From: Octopus vulgaris
Taxonomy: Eukaryota
NCBI GenBank assembly: GCA_951406725.2
Contig: OX597815.1
Span: 87,668,001-87,732,000 of the forward strand
Direction of reading: 5' to 3'
Length of the DNA: 64,000 nt
The translations under genes and the position numbers were made by a program. The notes beneath the pieces were generated by a model that was given only the letters and a program-made list of their open reading frames with translations, made no database searches and was not told the origin of the DNA. Of this stretch, positions 1-14,186 are shown piece after piece; positions within the stretch are counted from its first letter, which is position 1; each line of letters begins with the position of its first letter.

Positions 1-550
1 AGTGTGTATTTTTATTGTACCAGTGCTATAGAGGTTGCTTTGCTACCAGCAAGACTAAAGAGCCCTCATAAAGCCCTGCATTGTTACTGCTCAAATTGAA
101 TACCAATCACTTACTGTTTGTACTGGGTGCTATTTGGCACCAGCACAATTGTGTTGGTTCATCTTGCCATCATGAAGGCTGGAAAAGATATATTGTGAGA
201 GCGTGATAATGGAGACAATAGCACTGCAAACTATTGAGGTGGAAGGAAAAGAGACTTAGAGAAGGAAGAGAGTAATGCCAGTGATTAGTGTGGAGGAGAG
301 TAGGGGACAGAATGGTATTTAAAATGGGGTGGGTTAAGTAGGTAGACTCAGTGAATGGGTGTTTCAGTCCCTCTGTCATACAGCATGGGTTGGACGGTTT
401 GTCAGGGTCTAAGACATGAATACATGTGGACATACATACATACATAAGTACATATTCATTCATTCATTCTATGTATTAACAGTTTAATTAAAGTTTCATA
501 GACATAAAAATCACATTGATCATTCAGACATTTAACACTGAATGATGTCA

Positions 551-627
551 CTGTCCAACACATGCCAGCATGGAAAACGGACGCTAAAGGATGATGATGA
601 TGACAATGATGATGATGATGATGATGA
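551..627 (+). mobile_element. 3' tail of a retroposon (probably RTE-type LINE or SINE) ending in (GAT)n
   Basis: ctgtccaacacatgccagcatggaaaacggacgctaaagg followed by (gat)n. A related ccgtccaacccatgc lies on the minus strand near 385-400. Confidence 0.45.
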
Positions 628-1035
628 AATTCTATGTATGGCTGATTATCATTGAATGATGAGCAGCCATTTGATAATTCTAGTTTGGATCACATGTCAG
701 AACTATTAAATTGGGAACTGGTAACAACTGCAAAAATAAATAAGATTATTTTCAAAAACATTTCTAAGTTGCATCTTGTTGAGATGCTTGGATTTTCTAG
801 TCTGCCAGTTTCCTCTTGCTTTGTCTTGAACTGAAGTTAAGCTTCACAGGGTAAAACTGACTTTTCTCTGATGAGACATGAAGGTGATACTGCCTCAGCT
901 AAACATTCTATTCAATGTAATAATGATTTTTTACATATATCCTTGTATCTGCTGGAGTGATGTTTTCTGTGTTATTCAGATGGTATCTGTGGTTTATTTG
1001 TGTCCCTGGGGTGTTTCTACATCATTTTTGTATAT

Positions 1036-1156
1036 AATAAAACATTGTTCATCAATAAATCATTAATAAAAAATCAACAAAAGAAAAAAATAAATTATAT
1101 TTTCTATATTTTGATACAGGCTTTTGCGTCCTTTTTTGTCTTTCTCTCCTAATAAA
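1036..1156 (+). terminator. Cluster of plus-strand poly(A) signals, possible 3' end of a convergent neighbouring gene
   Basis: AATAAA at 1036, 1054, 1065 and 1151 with a T-rich tract at about 1120-1150. No coding exon of that gene is visible. Confidence 0.3.
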
Positions 1157-1685
1157 GTTGTTGTGAGATGGAAATTTTAGAGCACCCGGGTCAACATTGA
1201 CCCTGTCTGAGTTTGATCCCTCTGGAGTTGATAAATGAAATGCGAGTAACGTATTGAAACTTCATTTGATTAGCTCTCAGCCCTTCATGTATCTAATCTT
1301 GAACCAATGGGGTTCATACACTGTATAAAAAAAGGAGCACAGAAAACGTGATTGATATTAAAGCTTTATATTATGTACATGTGTGTCATAAAACCTGCCA
1401 AAACATAAATTACATCAGTATAAATCTTGGTTTATGTGAACTAATGCTTCTGACTCCATTCATTGGCATTACTCAGCAAAAGTACAGTACTGAGAAAGAT
1501 ATAGGTCTCTGTTTACATCAGTATGTAAATAAGAACAGTTAAGTTATCATAGGAGAATAGAAAGAGGTGAGAGGTAACAGAGCATAAGATGGGAGTGTGA
1601 TGGGGTTGGATAAAAGAAATGAAGGTCCTCGGGACCATGCATCTTACAATGCATATAATATCAGTAGTAGTAATAATAATAATAA

Positions 1686-2216
1686 TAATTTCAAATTTTG
1701 ACACAAGGCCAGCAATGTTTTTTAGGGGACAGGTAAATTAATTACCAGTGCTCAGTTGGTACTTATTTAACAAACTCTGAAAAGATGAAAGGTAAAGTTG
1801 ATCTCAGAAGCATTTGGGCTCAAACTGTAAAACCAGAAGAAATGCTGCTAAGAATTTTATCTGGTGTGCTAACAAATAATAATAATGGTTTCAAATTTTA
1901 ACATAAGGACAGTAATTTCGGGAGAGCGTGGTAAATTGATTATATCAACCCTAGTGTTCATCTGATACCTATTTTATTGACTCTAAAAGGGATGAAAGGC
2001 TAAGTCCACCTTGGCTGAATTTTAACTCATGTAAAGACAGATGAAATATTAAGCATTTTGCCTGGTGTGCTTACAATTCTAATAATGGTTTCAAATTTTG
2101 GCACAGGGCCAGCAGTTTTTGAGGGGAAAGTTAAGTCAATTAGACCCTAATTATTGAGAATTACTTATTTTATCAACCCCAAAAGGATGAAAGGCAAAGT
2201 TGGCCTTGGTGGAATT
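1686..2216 (-). mobile_element. Three tandem decayed copies of SINE family A
   Basis: Three repeats of tttcaaattttg.cacaagg.cagca...aaaggatgaaagg.aaagt.g.cct separated by short (TAA) tails; reverse complement of the copies at 23625 and 48065. Confidence 0.8.
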
Positions 2217-2271
2217 TTATCCAGTGTAGTAATGGTTCCGCCAGCTTGTCACCCTACTACTACTACTAATA

Positions 2272-2815
2272 ATAAATGCCCTGATACAGTACCAAGCAGT
2301 GGCTCTCATGGCTTTTGATCTTAACTGATTGGTAGTGTTATCATGTAGCTTGTTTTGCCTTGGTGTAAAAGATGAGCTACTGCAAATACTCTGCTCAATA
2401 CCACAGATTTGCTTGACCGTAACTGGTTGAGCATGTCTCTTAGTGGCTGATATGTGCATCTCTGATCATGAGCAGAAGTAGTGGGAGAGCATCATAGCCA
2501 TGTTTTGAAAGGGATTCTTTGGGGTTTGAATAATTCACCTCTCGAAATATGGGTGCTTCATTCATCATCCTTAACCCTTATTCAGGGACCTTTTGAGTGG
2601 GATGAGCTACTTGACCTGAAGAAAATTCTAACTGGGCCCCTACTGCATGGTCATGTGCTGTTTATGTTGCTATGAGATCACCATGTGCACATATTGTTGT
2701 GATGCATTTGCCCGGTGTACCCTTATCAGATGGGTAGTCATGATGGGTATACTTGGGCTTTGTATATTTGTACCCCAGTGTCACTTTGATGGTATGTGCT
2801 GTTCTCTCACTGAAT
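2272..2815 (+). mobile_element. Non-coding retroposon inserted in a (TAA)n tract (copy 1)
   Basis: Homologous over ~390 bp to the reverse complement of 24003-24395; begins and ends in aataat repeats. Confidence 0.7.
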
Positions 2816-3112
2816 AATAATATTGAATGAAGAAAGAGATAAAGAAAAATAGGAAGAAACTGAAGGATAGTGAGGTAGCTGCAATGATAAAATTTATCAT
2901 GTTCAAACCATGAAATAGCAGGTTGCCAAGTTCAAAGGAGCTTAAAATATAAGCAGCTGAGAAAGCATAGTTTAGTGCTTGAAACTGCCTCCATACACTT
3001 AAATCCTTAAATGTGAACAAATCAACAAATTCTCATGCATGACAGCTCCTGAAACCTTGAACATGTACATTATAAAAAGCATTAATGCTGATTATGTTTA
3101 CTGTATTCCCTA

Positions 3113-4672
3113 TCTATACATATATAAATGTGAGTCTGTTTGTGTCAAGTTGCCATCTACACCTATTAAATGAATTTTCATGAAACTTTGCAAACATGTT
3201 AAAGTAACATCTAGTTTGTTACTAGGCTCATTGAAATGGCTAGAAGGGGTCCACATATAGCACATCTATTTTCCTTTAAGGGAAATAACCCATTCATTTT
3301 CCTAGCCAAGGGAAATAACTCATTCATTTTCCTTTATCTACGAGACACGTATGAGACATGATGGTTACTCACTCTACAGGTGCAGAAAACCAGAAGATGG
3401 TGGAAATACTACCAAGCTCAAAGTTAATGGTCAAGAGATAGAAACTGACAACAGGCGGATAATGCCCTACAATTCATTTCTGTCTCAAACACTGCAGGCC
3501 CATGTTAATGTTGAGTCACGCAATTCTATAAAGAGTATTAAATATGTATGTAAATACATCAATAAGGGCTCAGACATGGCAGTTTTTGGACTTGAACAAG
3601 AGCGTAGACAGGCACATGAAATTCAGCAATACAAGTTGGGCAGGTATATTTCTTCTAACGAGGCTATGTGGCACATCCTGGGCTTTGAAATCCATGAGTG
3701 GCATCCAACAGTGGTGAATCTATCCGTACATCTTGAAAATGCCTAGTGTGAGTATTTCACAGAAGACAATATTTGGAACGTAGTTCTGACTCTACCAGAA
3801 ACCACTTTGACAGCTTTCTTCAAATTATGCCAATGTGATCCGATTACCCGAACACTGTTGTATGTTGAAGTTCTTATAATACTATACCTGGTTACACAAT
3901 AGATGGAACAGATGCAAGCAAGGAGCATGCGTTGAAGGTTGGGAAGAAGATGCCATTTTCAGAAGTGGAGCCATTGGGCAGGTGTACACTGTGCACCCTA
4001 ATCAGCAGAAGTGCTTCTTTCTGCATCTACTGCTGCACACTATCAAAGGTCTGACATCATTCACAGACATTCGAAGACACAATAGGAAGTCTGCACGACA
4101 TACAGAGAAGCCTGCACCAAACATGAACTACTGGAGGATGATGCTCACTGGGATCAGACGCTGGAAGAGGCAGCAGTCAGCAGAGCACTAAGTCAACTGT
4201 GCCAGCTATTTTCTATCATGTTGATGACATGTGGCTTGGATGAACCTCTCAAGCTTTGGGTGACCCACTAAGCCAGCATGGCAAGGGAGATCCTACAAAG
4301 GATGTCCCTTAGTGGAAATTGCCACGTTCAATAACACCATTTACAGTGAGGCATTGCTTGACCTGGACACCTGATGCAAGCTATGCGAGGTCAAAGCATT
4401 GTCACATTTGGTCTGTCTCAACTGGAGCAGGTAGCAGACAATCTCACAAGAAATCAGTTCTGACATTGAGGAAATGACAGCGTACATAGCTGATAATGAA
4501 CACAAGGTGATGGAGGAGCAACTGGGTGCTTATAAGACCATTATTTCAAGCATTGAAAGGGAAAGAGGAGGTCTTTTCTTTCTGGATGCTCCAAATAGAA
4601 GTTCTATAAAAGGCAAACTTCTGGGTGAATGCAGGTTGATCATCTGGGATGCAGTGATAATGAGCCATAAGG
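3113..4672 (+). mobile_element. Decayed Helitron (Rep/Pif1 helicase pseudogene)
   Basis: Broken frames encode DGYSLYRCRKPEDGG, DNRRIMPYN, AHVNVE..NSIKSIKYVCKYINKGSD, GRYISSNEAMWHILGFEIH, HLEN, FLHLLLH..KG.TSF, GGLFFLDAP and LIIWD, all typical of Helitron RepHel. A Helitron-like 5' end (tctatacatatataaatg...) lies near 3113. Confidence 0.88.
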
Positions 4673-4677
4673 TTTCC

Positions 4678-4800
4678 TTTGTTTGTTTGTTTGTTTGTTT
4701 GTATGTATGTGTGTATGTATGTATGTATGTATGTATGTATGTATGTATGTATGTATGTATGTATGTATGTATGCATGCATGCATGCATGTAATGCATGTA
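4678..4800. repeat. (GTTT)n/(TATG)n/(CATG)n compound microsatellite
   Basis: Read directly. Confidence 0.95.
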
Positions 4801-4889
4801 AATGGTTTTTTTTCCGTACCAAGATTTCATGTTTGGATCAGAATCCAAAGAATTTGGACTCAACCATCAGAGGGGCTTTTACTGAAATA

Positions 4890-5021
4890 AATTACAAAAA
4901 GAAACAAACAAAAAAACCCAACAAAAACAGCAACAACAACAGCAAAACAAAAAAATGAAACAACAACTAAAGAACAAAGAAACGAAAACAATATATTTTA
5001 TATAAAGATATCACATTTATT
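4890..5021 (-). terminator. Candidate distal polyadenylation site of LOXL (AATAAA plus long GU/U-rich downstream element)
   Basis: Minus-strand AATAAA at 5016-5021, followed about 30 nt later by ~100 nt of ttgttttcgtttctttgttctttagttgttgtttc... The link to LOXL is inferred. Confidence 0.4.
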
Positions 5022-5804
5022 CATTTCTTTTTCACAATACAATGTCTAAGTTTTTGTTTCTTTTAACTTATAATTTTTTCCATACTAATTTTCAAATCCC
5101 ATGCTAGACAGCTGATGCATTATAACATATAATGCCACATATTTTCTAACCCATTAGATATTGTAACAGACACATTTTTCTCTTTCTCTCCTATGCTCTC
5201 TCAGCATGAAAAAAAAAAAATATTAAACAAAAAAAAAAGATCTCAAAAAATTATACCAGCATTTCAAAATCACAGAATTAAGAGCTTTGAGATGAATTTA
5301 CTAGCCATGACCAATATCAGCTAAATATACTACAACCTACAATTTATTACTCTGTGAGAATTTGTAATATAATAAACTGGAATTATCAATATCCTAGTTA
5401 AAGGTGTTTTTAATAGCTATATAATTTCTTTCTTTTTGTATTGGTTTCATAACATCTATTACAATAATGAATAGTTCATCCTAAAGAGTATGATTAAAAT
5501 AATCATTTGGTTGTTCTGTATTATAGTTACCATACAAAAGGTAAAATATTTAGTTAATTTATTTCTTAAATATGATATAAGAGACAGCAACCTATTACTC
5601 ATGTAGTCCACAAAACCAAGAAAAGTATAATGCTAATGGGATAGGAATACCATTTTAGCCAATATAGGAAAATAAATATTAATAAAAAATATTTTTCAAA
5701 AATATTCAGAACCATACCTTCTATAACTTCCTATAAAGTAAAACATGAAGTATACTTTAGTATACACTTGCGCACATATACATGCATACTTAGAAACACA
5801 TTTA

Positions 5805-6257
5805 AGTATGTATGTATGTATGTATGTATGTATGCATGTATGCATGCATTGATATATGTGTGTGTATGTATATATGTGTGTATGTATATATGTGTGTATG
5901 TATGCATGCATGTATGTATGTATATATGTGTGTATGTATGTATGTATTGATATATGTGTGTGTGTGTATGTATGTATATATGTATGTATGTATGTATGCA
6001 TTCATACATGTGTGTGTATGTACATATGTGTGTATGTGTATATGTATGTATGTATTGATATGTGTGCGTGTATATATATGTGTGTACGTGTGTATGTATG
6101 TATGTATGTATGTATGTATGTATGTTTGTATATTAGCATATATGTTGCTACATGTTCTGTTATGTATGTAAAACAGAATATTATATAATTTGTAAGCATT
6201 TTTGTGTTTATATGTCTTCAAATATACATGTGTGCATAGTTATGTGTAGATGTGTGA

Positions 6258-6300
<43 letters not shown>

Positions 6301-6305
6301 TGTGT
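5805..6305. repeat. Degenerate (TATG)n/(TG)n microsatellite field
   Basis: Read directly. Confidence 0.93.
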
Positions 6306-6881
6306 GCATATTTACTCATATATATGAAGCATAAAGACTTATGATAGCGTATGCACAGAAACATAAAAACATTCCTATATAATTATACATATACAAATAC
6401 ATTTATTTCATATTATTTTATATATATGCACACACACACACACACATACACATATTTGTATATATGCACATAGATGCACAAAGACACAGATATATGCCAT
6501 ACTTAATCATATCCATTTCCCATTTTTAACAATATACAAAATGTTTCATCCATATACACATAAATACAAGTATACATCAATTCGTGGATCTCTGCATAAA
6601 TGAAAAACACATAGATTTATAAAAATCTGTAGTTACAATAAAAAGTTCCAAGTATAATAAGCATGTACATGCCCATGCCATAATATATTTAGAGATCTCT
6701 GTTGATCAAAGAAGCATATTGTATAAATATAAAAGCACACATGTATAAGGTTTTAATTGTGGCCTAATATATTTATACTGAGCCAAGGAATTTAACATTG
6801 TCAACTGCAGTTATGTCACATGCATATTTGTACATTCATATTATACACATACATGTATTCATTCATAAATATATATACATA

Positions 6882-6934
<53 letters not shown>

Positions 6935-7367
6935 ATATAAGTATATGTATGTGTGTGAGTGTATATATATGTATGTATGTATGTATGTATATATATGTAT
7001 ATGTGTATATATATGTGTGTGTGTGTGTATTTATGTAAATATCTATATATGTGTGTGTGTGTATATATATAGCCCATGGTAAGCTTCATACACAGTGTCC
7101 AGCTATCAAGAAAGGCAATGGTTGAGACTAGGGTATAAAATTGACATTGCTCTCCTGAAATTCCAAGAATCATAATAGTGGTGAGTGTATAATTATCAAT
7201 CAGAGCCTAGAGGGCTAAATGCTTACTATTGATAAAATGTTCTGATGAGCAATCTGATTCATTATGTTACAGCTCATTAATTAATGTGCATCTGATTGTA
7301 TATTTATGTATGTGTTGCTGATGTAATTGGATACAAATTATGAAACAGCTGTCTCTAACTTTGCTAG

Positions 7368-7875
<508 letters not shown>

Positions 7876-8059
7876 TGTATATATATATAACTCCAAGAAA
7901 GTTAGAGGTTGTAAATCCAACCCACTAAGGGCTAATATCTATCCAATATACTGCTGGTAGAATACCCAATTATTAATACACAAGTGCTTTTTATTGCATT
8001 GCAATTACATTACCTAGTGTACTAAATGGGTGAAGGTAAAGAGAATTTTACCATTAATT

Positions 8060-8503
8060 TATAAAGCAATAAGAAAATGGAGGGGATCAATAGGTGGTTC
8101 ATCAACTTTTAGACATTATATTATGTTAGCTTATTTATTTATTTACTAAACTGATAATTACAATAATATACATACATATAACATATTATGCTTTACATAT
8201 AAGATATAAGATATAAAATATAGTGAATATATAAGGATACCAGTAATTATTATAAAATAACAAACATGAATATAAATTGGGAAAATAACTTATTCATGTT
8301 TGTTATTTTATAATAATTACTGGTATCCTTATATATTTACTATATTTTATATCTTATATCTTATATGTAAAGCATAATATGTTATATGTATGTATATTAT
8401 TGTAATTATCAGTTTAGTAAATAAATAAATAAGCTAACATAATATAATGTCTAAAAGTTGATGAACCACCTATTGATCCCCTCCATTTTCTTATCACTTT
8501 ATA
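8060..8503. repeat. Long near-perfect inverted repeat (213-bp arms, 18-bp spacer)
   Basis: Arm 8060-8272 is the reverse complement of 8291-8503, with 3 mismatches seen by eye; spacer taaattgggaaaataact. Confidence 0.95.
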
Positions 8504-9111
8504 CAAACACACATACACACACACACACACACTCACACTCACACACACACACACACACGCACACACACACACACGCACACACACACATTTGCCTTATATA
8601 CATGTGAATTAATAAGTAAATGCAGATTTATCACATTTTACATTTGATACTTTTTATCTTAATTCTCTTCATCACGTTTCTATTTTCCCTTCGACCTTCC
8701 CCCAGCTAGCATACTTCCATACTTCAAAATTTTCCACATTGTACTCTATTCTAGTTTATTTCATTCATCACATTTTCTTCTTTTTATTCCGTTAAAATAA
8801 AAAAAACATTTTTTTTTATGTACAAAACAAGGGAGATAACTTATTTTTGTCCATCGAGAATTATGTTCCATGCAGCTGTCTTTCCCATAACGCCTTAATA
8901 GAATCCGTTTTATCAAATTTTCACACTGCGCTTACATGTAAACCTCACATCCAATAAGCAAATTAAGTCAGATAAATGTCTAATTAGCCACTAATTAAAA
9001 CATGAAACTCAAAATAATTAAAATATGATCAATCGTTTGTATTTTGTATATACAATAACTTGAATTTTTGATGCTACATTTTTTCATGTACTCAAATTTG
9101 TATATTATATA

Positions 9112-9114
<3 letters not shown>

Positions 9115-9158
<44 letters not shown>

Positions 9159-9683
9159 CATGTATATGTATGCATGTATATATATATATATGAATATATA
9201 TATATGTATGTGTGTGTATACATCCACATACATACACAAATATATATATAAATGTATACATAGATACACACACACACACGTACACACACATATATATATA
9301 TATATATATCTTTTCAGACAATATTGTATACTTATATATACAATTTTATGAATTACCAATATACACACATTAGTATGTATGTCCGTCAACATAGTATCAA
9401 TTTTAACATTTATAATAAACAAGATTGTAGCAGAATAAACAAAATTAAACATTAAATACATCATTTTAATACTCATGCTTGATAATTGAAGAAAGAAAAG
9501 AAAAACAAAAAAAAAAATAATAAAAAAGACTTAGTAAAATGTCATTGACAAAAATGAAAGTGTATTTTAAATTTTGGCAACTTTGGAATCTCCCACCTAT
9601 TTTGTAGATTTACACACATGCACACAATCAGACAAACACACATACTAACACATGCATACACAAACTCAAACACAGACACACAC

Positions 9684-9720
<37 letters not shown>

Positions 9721-9728
9721 AAAATCTC

Positions 9729-9794
<66 letters not shown>

Positions 9795-10703
9795 GGGATT
9801 AAAAACTCCTGGCAGGTATCAATAAAGTACTCAGTATTAAAAGGATTTGGTTATAAATGTTCAACAATCAGTTACCAGTAAATGTAAGTAGAATACATAT
9901 CCCAAGTAAATACTCATGCATTATAGTTAAGTCCAAATATCCTTCTGTAGAATTTGAAGAAATTCACAGTATTCAACAACAAAAAAATATGCATAGAGCA
10001 AATTATATCTTTATCATAAGTCTCCCCTTATAAAGCCAACAATTGCTTCATTGCAACAAAAAATACACACAGGCATATATATATATGCATACATATATAT
10101 ATATAGAAACAATCATTAAAATTGATATTAATATTCTCGAAAGTATATGTTAACATGTTATCAAGGCAATTCAAAATTAGTGAAAATCAAATTAAACATC
10201 TGAAATATTACCAGTTGATAGACACTAACAAAAAGAAGGCCTAAATTGAATTAAACCGCAGGCATTATTCATTCATTCAGTCATTCGTTCAACTGATGGT
10301 GACATCATTGGATAACGAAATTGTTTTATAAAAATAAAAAATAAACATATTTAAAAAGAATCATTTTTGCATTCAACTATTGCTTGCACCAGTAGATAAT
10401 GAACACACATAATGTACATAATGAACATATATTTTCGAGGATGTTAATATTAATTTATGCAATAGAAACAATTGGTGGCTTAATTATAAAGATATAATTT
10501 TCTCTATACATATTTTTTGTTATGTATATATATGTATATTATATAATTAATATACATGCACATATACACATATGCATATATGTGTATGTATATATATATA
10601 AAATATATGGATACATATATGGATATTCCTATACATCTATAGATATACATATATATTTATACATACACGCATAAATACATGTATAGATAGACACGCACCT
10701 GTA

Positions 10704-10770
<67 letters not shown>

Positions 10771-10831
10771 TATTTATTCTTGCAAATATGTTTACATGTA
10801 TAATATATACATATATGTACACATGTACAAG

Positions 10832-10875
<44 letters not shown>

Positions 10876-10917
10876 ATATGTACACATATGTATATAATAT
10901 ATACATACAATGTATTG

Positions 10918-10949
<32 letters not shown>

Positions 10950-11410
10950 AACAAACACTCACACACATATATATATGTAGACACACTTTTATATATATGT
11001 ATATATATATGCATACATACATACATACACACACACACACATATATACCTATATAGTATTATAAATGTGGGGCAATGATGACCTTAAGGTAATAGCAAAC
11101 GAGATCTGATCTGTGAAACATAACTGCGTGTGTGCATGCATGTGTGTGAGTGCACATGTGTACTTGTGTATGTATGTGTGTGCATGTGCATGTATACATA
11201 CATATATATATATATATATATATGTATATATGCATGTATATATAGATACATACATACACATGCACACATACATATATATATACATATACACACACATATA
11301 TATATATGTACATATTTAGAGAAAATTAGTTGTGACCAGTTCACAACTATCTTTCTGCAAATCCTCTACTGCTCTATAACTTAGAGTGTGCTTGATTTAT
11401 GATGTACTGA

Positions 11411-11477
<67 letters not shown>

Positions 11478-11539
11478 GTGTGTGTGTATATATGTGTACA
11501 CACAAACACACACGCACACACGACGCACACACACACACA

Positions 11540-11572
<33 letters not shown>

Positions 11573-11700
11573 GATTTATTCATTCTGTGTATATACGTAT
11601 ATATGCATGTATGTATGTATGTATGTATGTATGTATGTATGTATGTATGTATGTGTGTGTGTGTGTGTGTGTGCATGTATGCAAATAATGTACATGTATG
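9115..11700. repeat. Dense (TA)n/(CA)n/(TATG)n microsatellite field interleaved with unique AT-rich DNA
   Basis: Long (TA)n at about 9121, 9733, 10709, 10836 and 11413; (CA)n at 11525; (TATG)n at 11608. Confidence 0.9.
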
Positions 11701-12114
11701 TACATGTATGTATAATAAAATAATACTAGCCTCATGTATAAAATAACAATTAAAAATAGAAATATGTAACAATTATAAAAGAAGAATAGAAACTTTTTTA
11801 AAAATTATAAAATAAATAGAAACACTGTCATCTTAAGGAAGCAATTGATTTAGGCAGTGCCAAAATAGTATCACAGGGTTGTCTCCCCTATATCTTCTTT
11901 GGCTGAACCATTTCTATTTTCGACTTGTATAGTTTTTATCAGAAGAAATTACTTTTCTCATTGCTGCTGCTGTTGCTGCTGCTGCTGCTGTAGTTGTTTG
12001 TTTTCTTTCTCTTTTTTCGCATCCTATAGCAATATTTTGATGTCAGAATTTCGGGTTTCAACCGGTTAGCATGTAAATTGTTTTTATTCTACGTAGTGGG
12101 AGGGAGATCCTTCG

Positions 12115-12249
12115 TTAATCTCTGCGTAAAAGTGGAATTATTTTGCAATTATAAGCCTGTGCGTATGTCCCTGAATAATAAAGCTGGCACTGAACGACAT
12201 TGTTGTCAAATGTCATCTCACTGACGTGCATATTTGGGTTGAATTCAAC
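12115..12249 (-). CDS. LOXL: LOXL last coding exon with stop codon
   Basis: ttcttctctctctttag|GTT GAA..., 135 nt: VEFNPNMHVSEMTFDNNVVQCQLYYSGTYAQAYNCKIIPLLRRD-TAA, matching the LOX C-terminal NP..V.E....NN...C pattern. Confidence 0.93.
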   Translation of the reverse strand, partial: VEFNPNMHVSEMTFDNNVVQCQLYYSGTYAQAYNCKIIPLLRRD

Positions 12250-12505
12250 CTAAAGAGAGAGAAGAAAAAAATGACAAGTGTATTTCAATCATAAAAAAAA
12301 CTTCCGGAGATATACTTGCCAGGCAAATGATTCGATCTGAGACCACGTGTTGAAACTAAAACGATTGTAGCGTGAAAGATAGATATTAGCCACAAAGACT
12401 GTTAACTTCACTTAAACGGTGTCGAAATTTTCAGTGCACCAATTGCGACTTGATCACTGATATGATTTTTCCGGACACCAAATAATAAATGTGTATGCAA
12501 AGTTA

Positions 12506-12845
12506 GAGAAAGCGCACGGCTCAGTGGTTAGAGCATCGAGCTCCCAATTATGAAGGAAGGAGTTCGATTCCCGGACCGGACAGTCTGTTGTTTTCTTTAG
12601 CAAGACACACTTTTTTCCCACACTGCTCCAGTTCACTCAGCTGTAGGAATGAGTTGCGATACCACTGGCGTGAAGCTGTATCGGCCTTTGCTTTTCTCTT
12701 GATTAACATCGGTGTCGTCGAGAGGGGAAGCTGGTATGCATGGGCGACTGCTAGTCTTCCATAAACAACCTTGCCCGGACTTGTGCCTCTGAAGGGAACT
12801 TTCTAGTTGCAATCCCATGGTCATTCATGACCGAAGGGGGTCTTG
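12506..12845 (+). mobile_element. tRNA-derived SINE
   Basis: A-box-like cggctcagtggttagagc and B-box gagttcgattcccgg. Imperfect 10-bp TSD tgcaaagtta (12496-12505) / tgtaaagtta (12846-12855). Confidence 0.8.
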
Positions 12846-13428
12846 TGTAAAGTTAACAATCTTTGGGTGTTTTTGAATGGCCAATATATATCTTCCACGC
12901 TGCATTCGAATTCTAAGAACAATATATTACGTGTGTTTTTGAGGATACTTTAAATGCAAAACAAAACAATCTACTTTACCACCAGGCCCATTGCCAGACT
13001 TTGGTGCCCAGGGCTGCTTCAAAATATTTTGGGTGGGCACTAGTTTGTAATAATGCTAAAGTAGGGTTTCGAAATAAGTGTATCACTGTAAATCTGAACG
13101 TGCACCATTGAATAGCGAGGAGACAGTGCTGTCAAGTGCATCTCTAGCGATGTTCACCACTCGATTTCGGATTAGTTTTCTTCTACACAAAATAGTAATA
13201 TGTTAGCAAACATTGACCGTTACTAATATAAGACATATAACTTACAGTGTAGTAAAAGAAAGCAATAGATATCTACTATTGTTACAACTGTAGTGTAACT
13301 ACTAACTACAAATATCTATAAGCAACTATTATAATATTATTTTCAAGAAAATTAAAACCAATACAAATGGAAAAGACAAAGATTCGAATGTTGTCCTTGT
13401 GAAATAAGTTGATACGTTTATGAACATA

Positions 13429-13924
13429 CTGTGATCCCTCGCTACTTCGCGGTTCAACTATCGCGGGTTCACCACTTCGCGGATTTTAAATATATATATA
13501 TATATGAACGCCTAAAATTTTTCATTAAATCATTTAAAATATTAATAATAAATATTATTTCCTAGCCTAGGAACAACAAAACAAGAGTAAAATAGCAAAA
13601 AGCATATACAGGGGTATTTGAACTTAAGACTGGCTGTGATTGGTGCAATGGAGAGAGACGACGAATCACAGCTTTCTATTTCGTAATCTGGCCTGTGTAA
13701 CAGTAACAATCTTTATTTTTTTAATCTAAAGTGTTATTGCTTAACAGTTGTCCTTGTTATTAATAGACTACTGTAATGGCTGGTTGTTAACAGTACAGGG
13801 AGGGTTTTAAAAGTTCAAATACACGTTAAATAAATGCTGTAAATATGGTGTCCCTACTTCGCGGAAATTCAGTTATCGCGGCCGGTCTCGGAGCCAATCT
13901 ACCGCGATAAACGAGGGATCACTG
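13429..13924. mobile_element. Tc1/mariner (Tigger/pogo-type) MITE
   Basis: TA|CTGTGATCCCTCG...CGAGGGATCACTG|TA terminal inverted repeats, TA target duplication and subterminal tcgcgg repeats; non-coding. Confidence 0.88.
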
Positions 13925-13988
13925 TACTTTAAACGATAACTTATAACTTAAGCGGTTGGAACTGTTGTAACTCCTGTAAATGCTGATT

Positions 13989-14039
<51 letters not shown>

Positions 14040-14148
14040 TTATATTGCCTTTACTCCTATGTAATGTGTATTAAAGTATGGATTGAGTATCATCGGATAG
14101 TTGATGTTTTATTGATTTAAGTATGTTTCTCCATTCTCTAATTTTGTA

Positions 14149-14186
<38 letters not shown>

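Noticed and set aside
3351-4672. Host PIF1 helicase gene
   Set aside because: It is intronless, has stops and frameshifts, lacks Walker A and carries Helitron Rep-associated motifs.
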